DNA of 64,000 nt, taken from positions 2,090,806 to 2,154,805 of the forward strand of contig NW_003314271.1 of assembly GCF_000143415.4 (NCBI RefSeq), written 5' to 3'. The position numbers and the translations under genes were made by a program. Below are positions 63,646 to 64,000 of this stretch, in pieces. The DNA comes from Selaginella moellendorffii (Eukaryota > Plantae > Lycopodiophyta). The notes under the pieces are model-generated. The model was not told the origin of the DNA. It made no database searches and saw nothing but the letters and a program-made list of their open reading frames with translations. Numbering within the stretch: position 1 is the stretch's first letter; every line of letters begins with the position of its first letter.

Positions 63646-64000
63646 TCTCTTTTTTTTTGATGGATTTAGGCGTGGCATCCCATACGTATGTGTGTCCTCT
63701 TCGTCTAACGTGCTATTGTTTTTTTCTTGCCAGCCAAAAGTCTACAATTGCTCAAACACTGTTCCAAATTTATACACCTTGCATCTTAGGATGCATAGCA
63801 CATATTTGCGTATGATAGTTTTTCTATTAGTTGTGAATATGCCTGTTTTATTTTTGTCACTAAATTTGAATTTGATCAAGACGATTGGTTAGAATGTATG
63901 TGTTAGAAGAATTTGCCAGGATGTCTTTTCGAAAGTTACGTGTAGTTTGGAAAGTTGAGCAAATAAGATCTCCTTTGCTTGAATTTTCAACGAATCTCTC

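Overview
Eukaryotic land-plant genomic DNA. The ~50-bp introns, compact genes and PLS-type PPR gene suggest a lycophyte such as Selaginella (inference). 1-44 kb is a nested transposon block. It holds (i) a decayed Mutator-like transposase gene (5.5-8.1 kb) head-to-head with a spliced ParB-domain + beta-class amino-DNA-methyltransferase gene (1.2-4.7 kb); (ii) several nested LTR retroelements, including a very young Ty3/gypsy; and (iii) a 13-kb TIR DNA transposon (24835-37808). The 13-kb element has a different transposase family, again head-to-head with a ParB + degenerate MTase-like + HAD gene, and carries about 25 copies of a 20-bp palindrome TGGCRTG-N6-CAYGCCA. 44.5-63.3 kb is gene-dense host DNA: LTO1-like VKOR, CYP97B, CYP707A, MRG, LRAT/NC-domain, EBP sterol isomerase, GT77-like transferase and a PPR gene. 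The best candidate for an undescribed system is the transposon-borne ParB-methyltransferase module with parS-like palindromes. All domain calls come from motif recognition by eye, not database searches.
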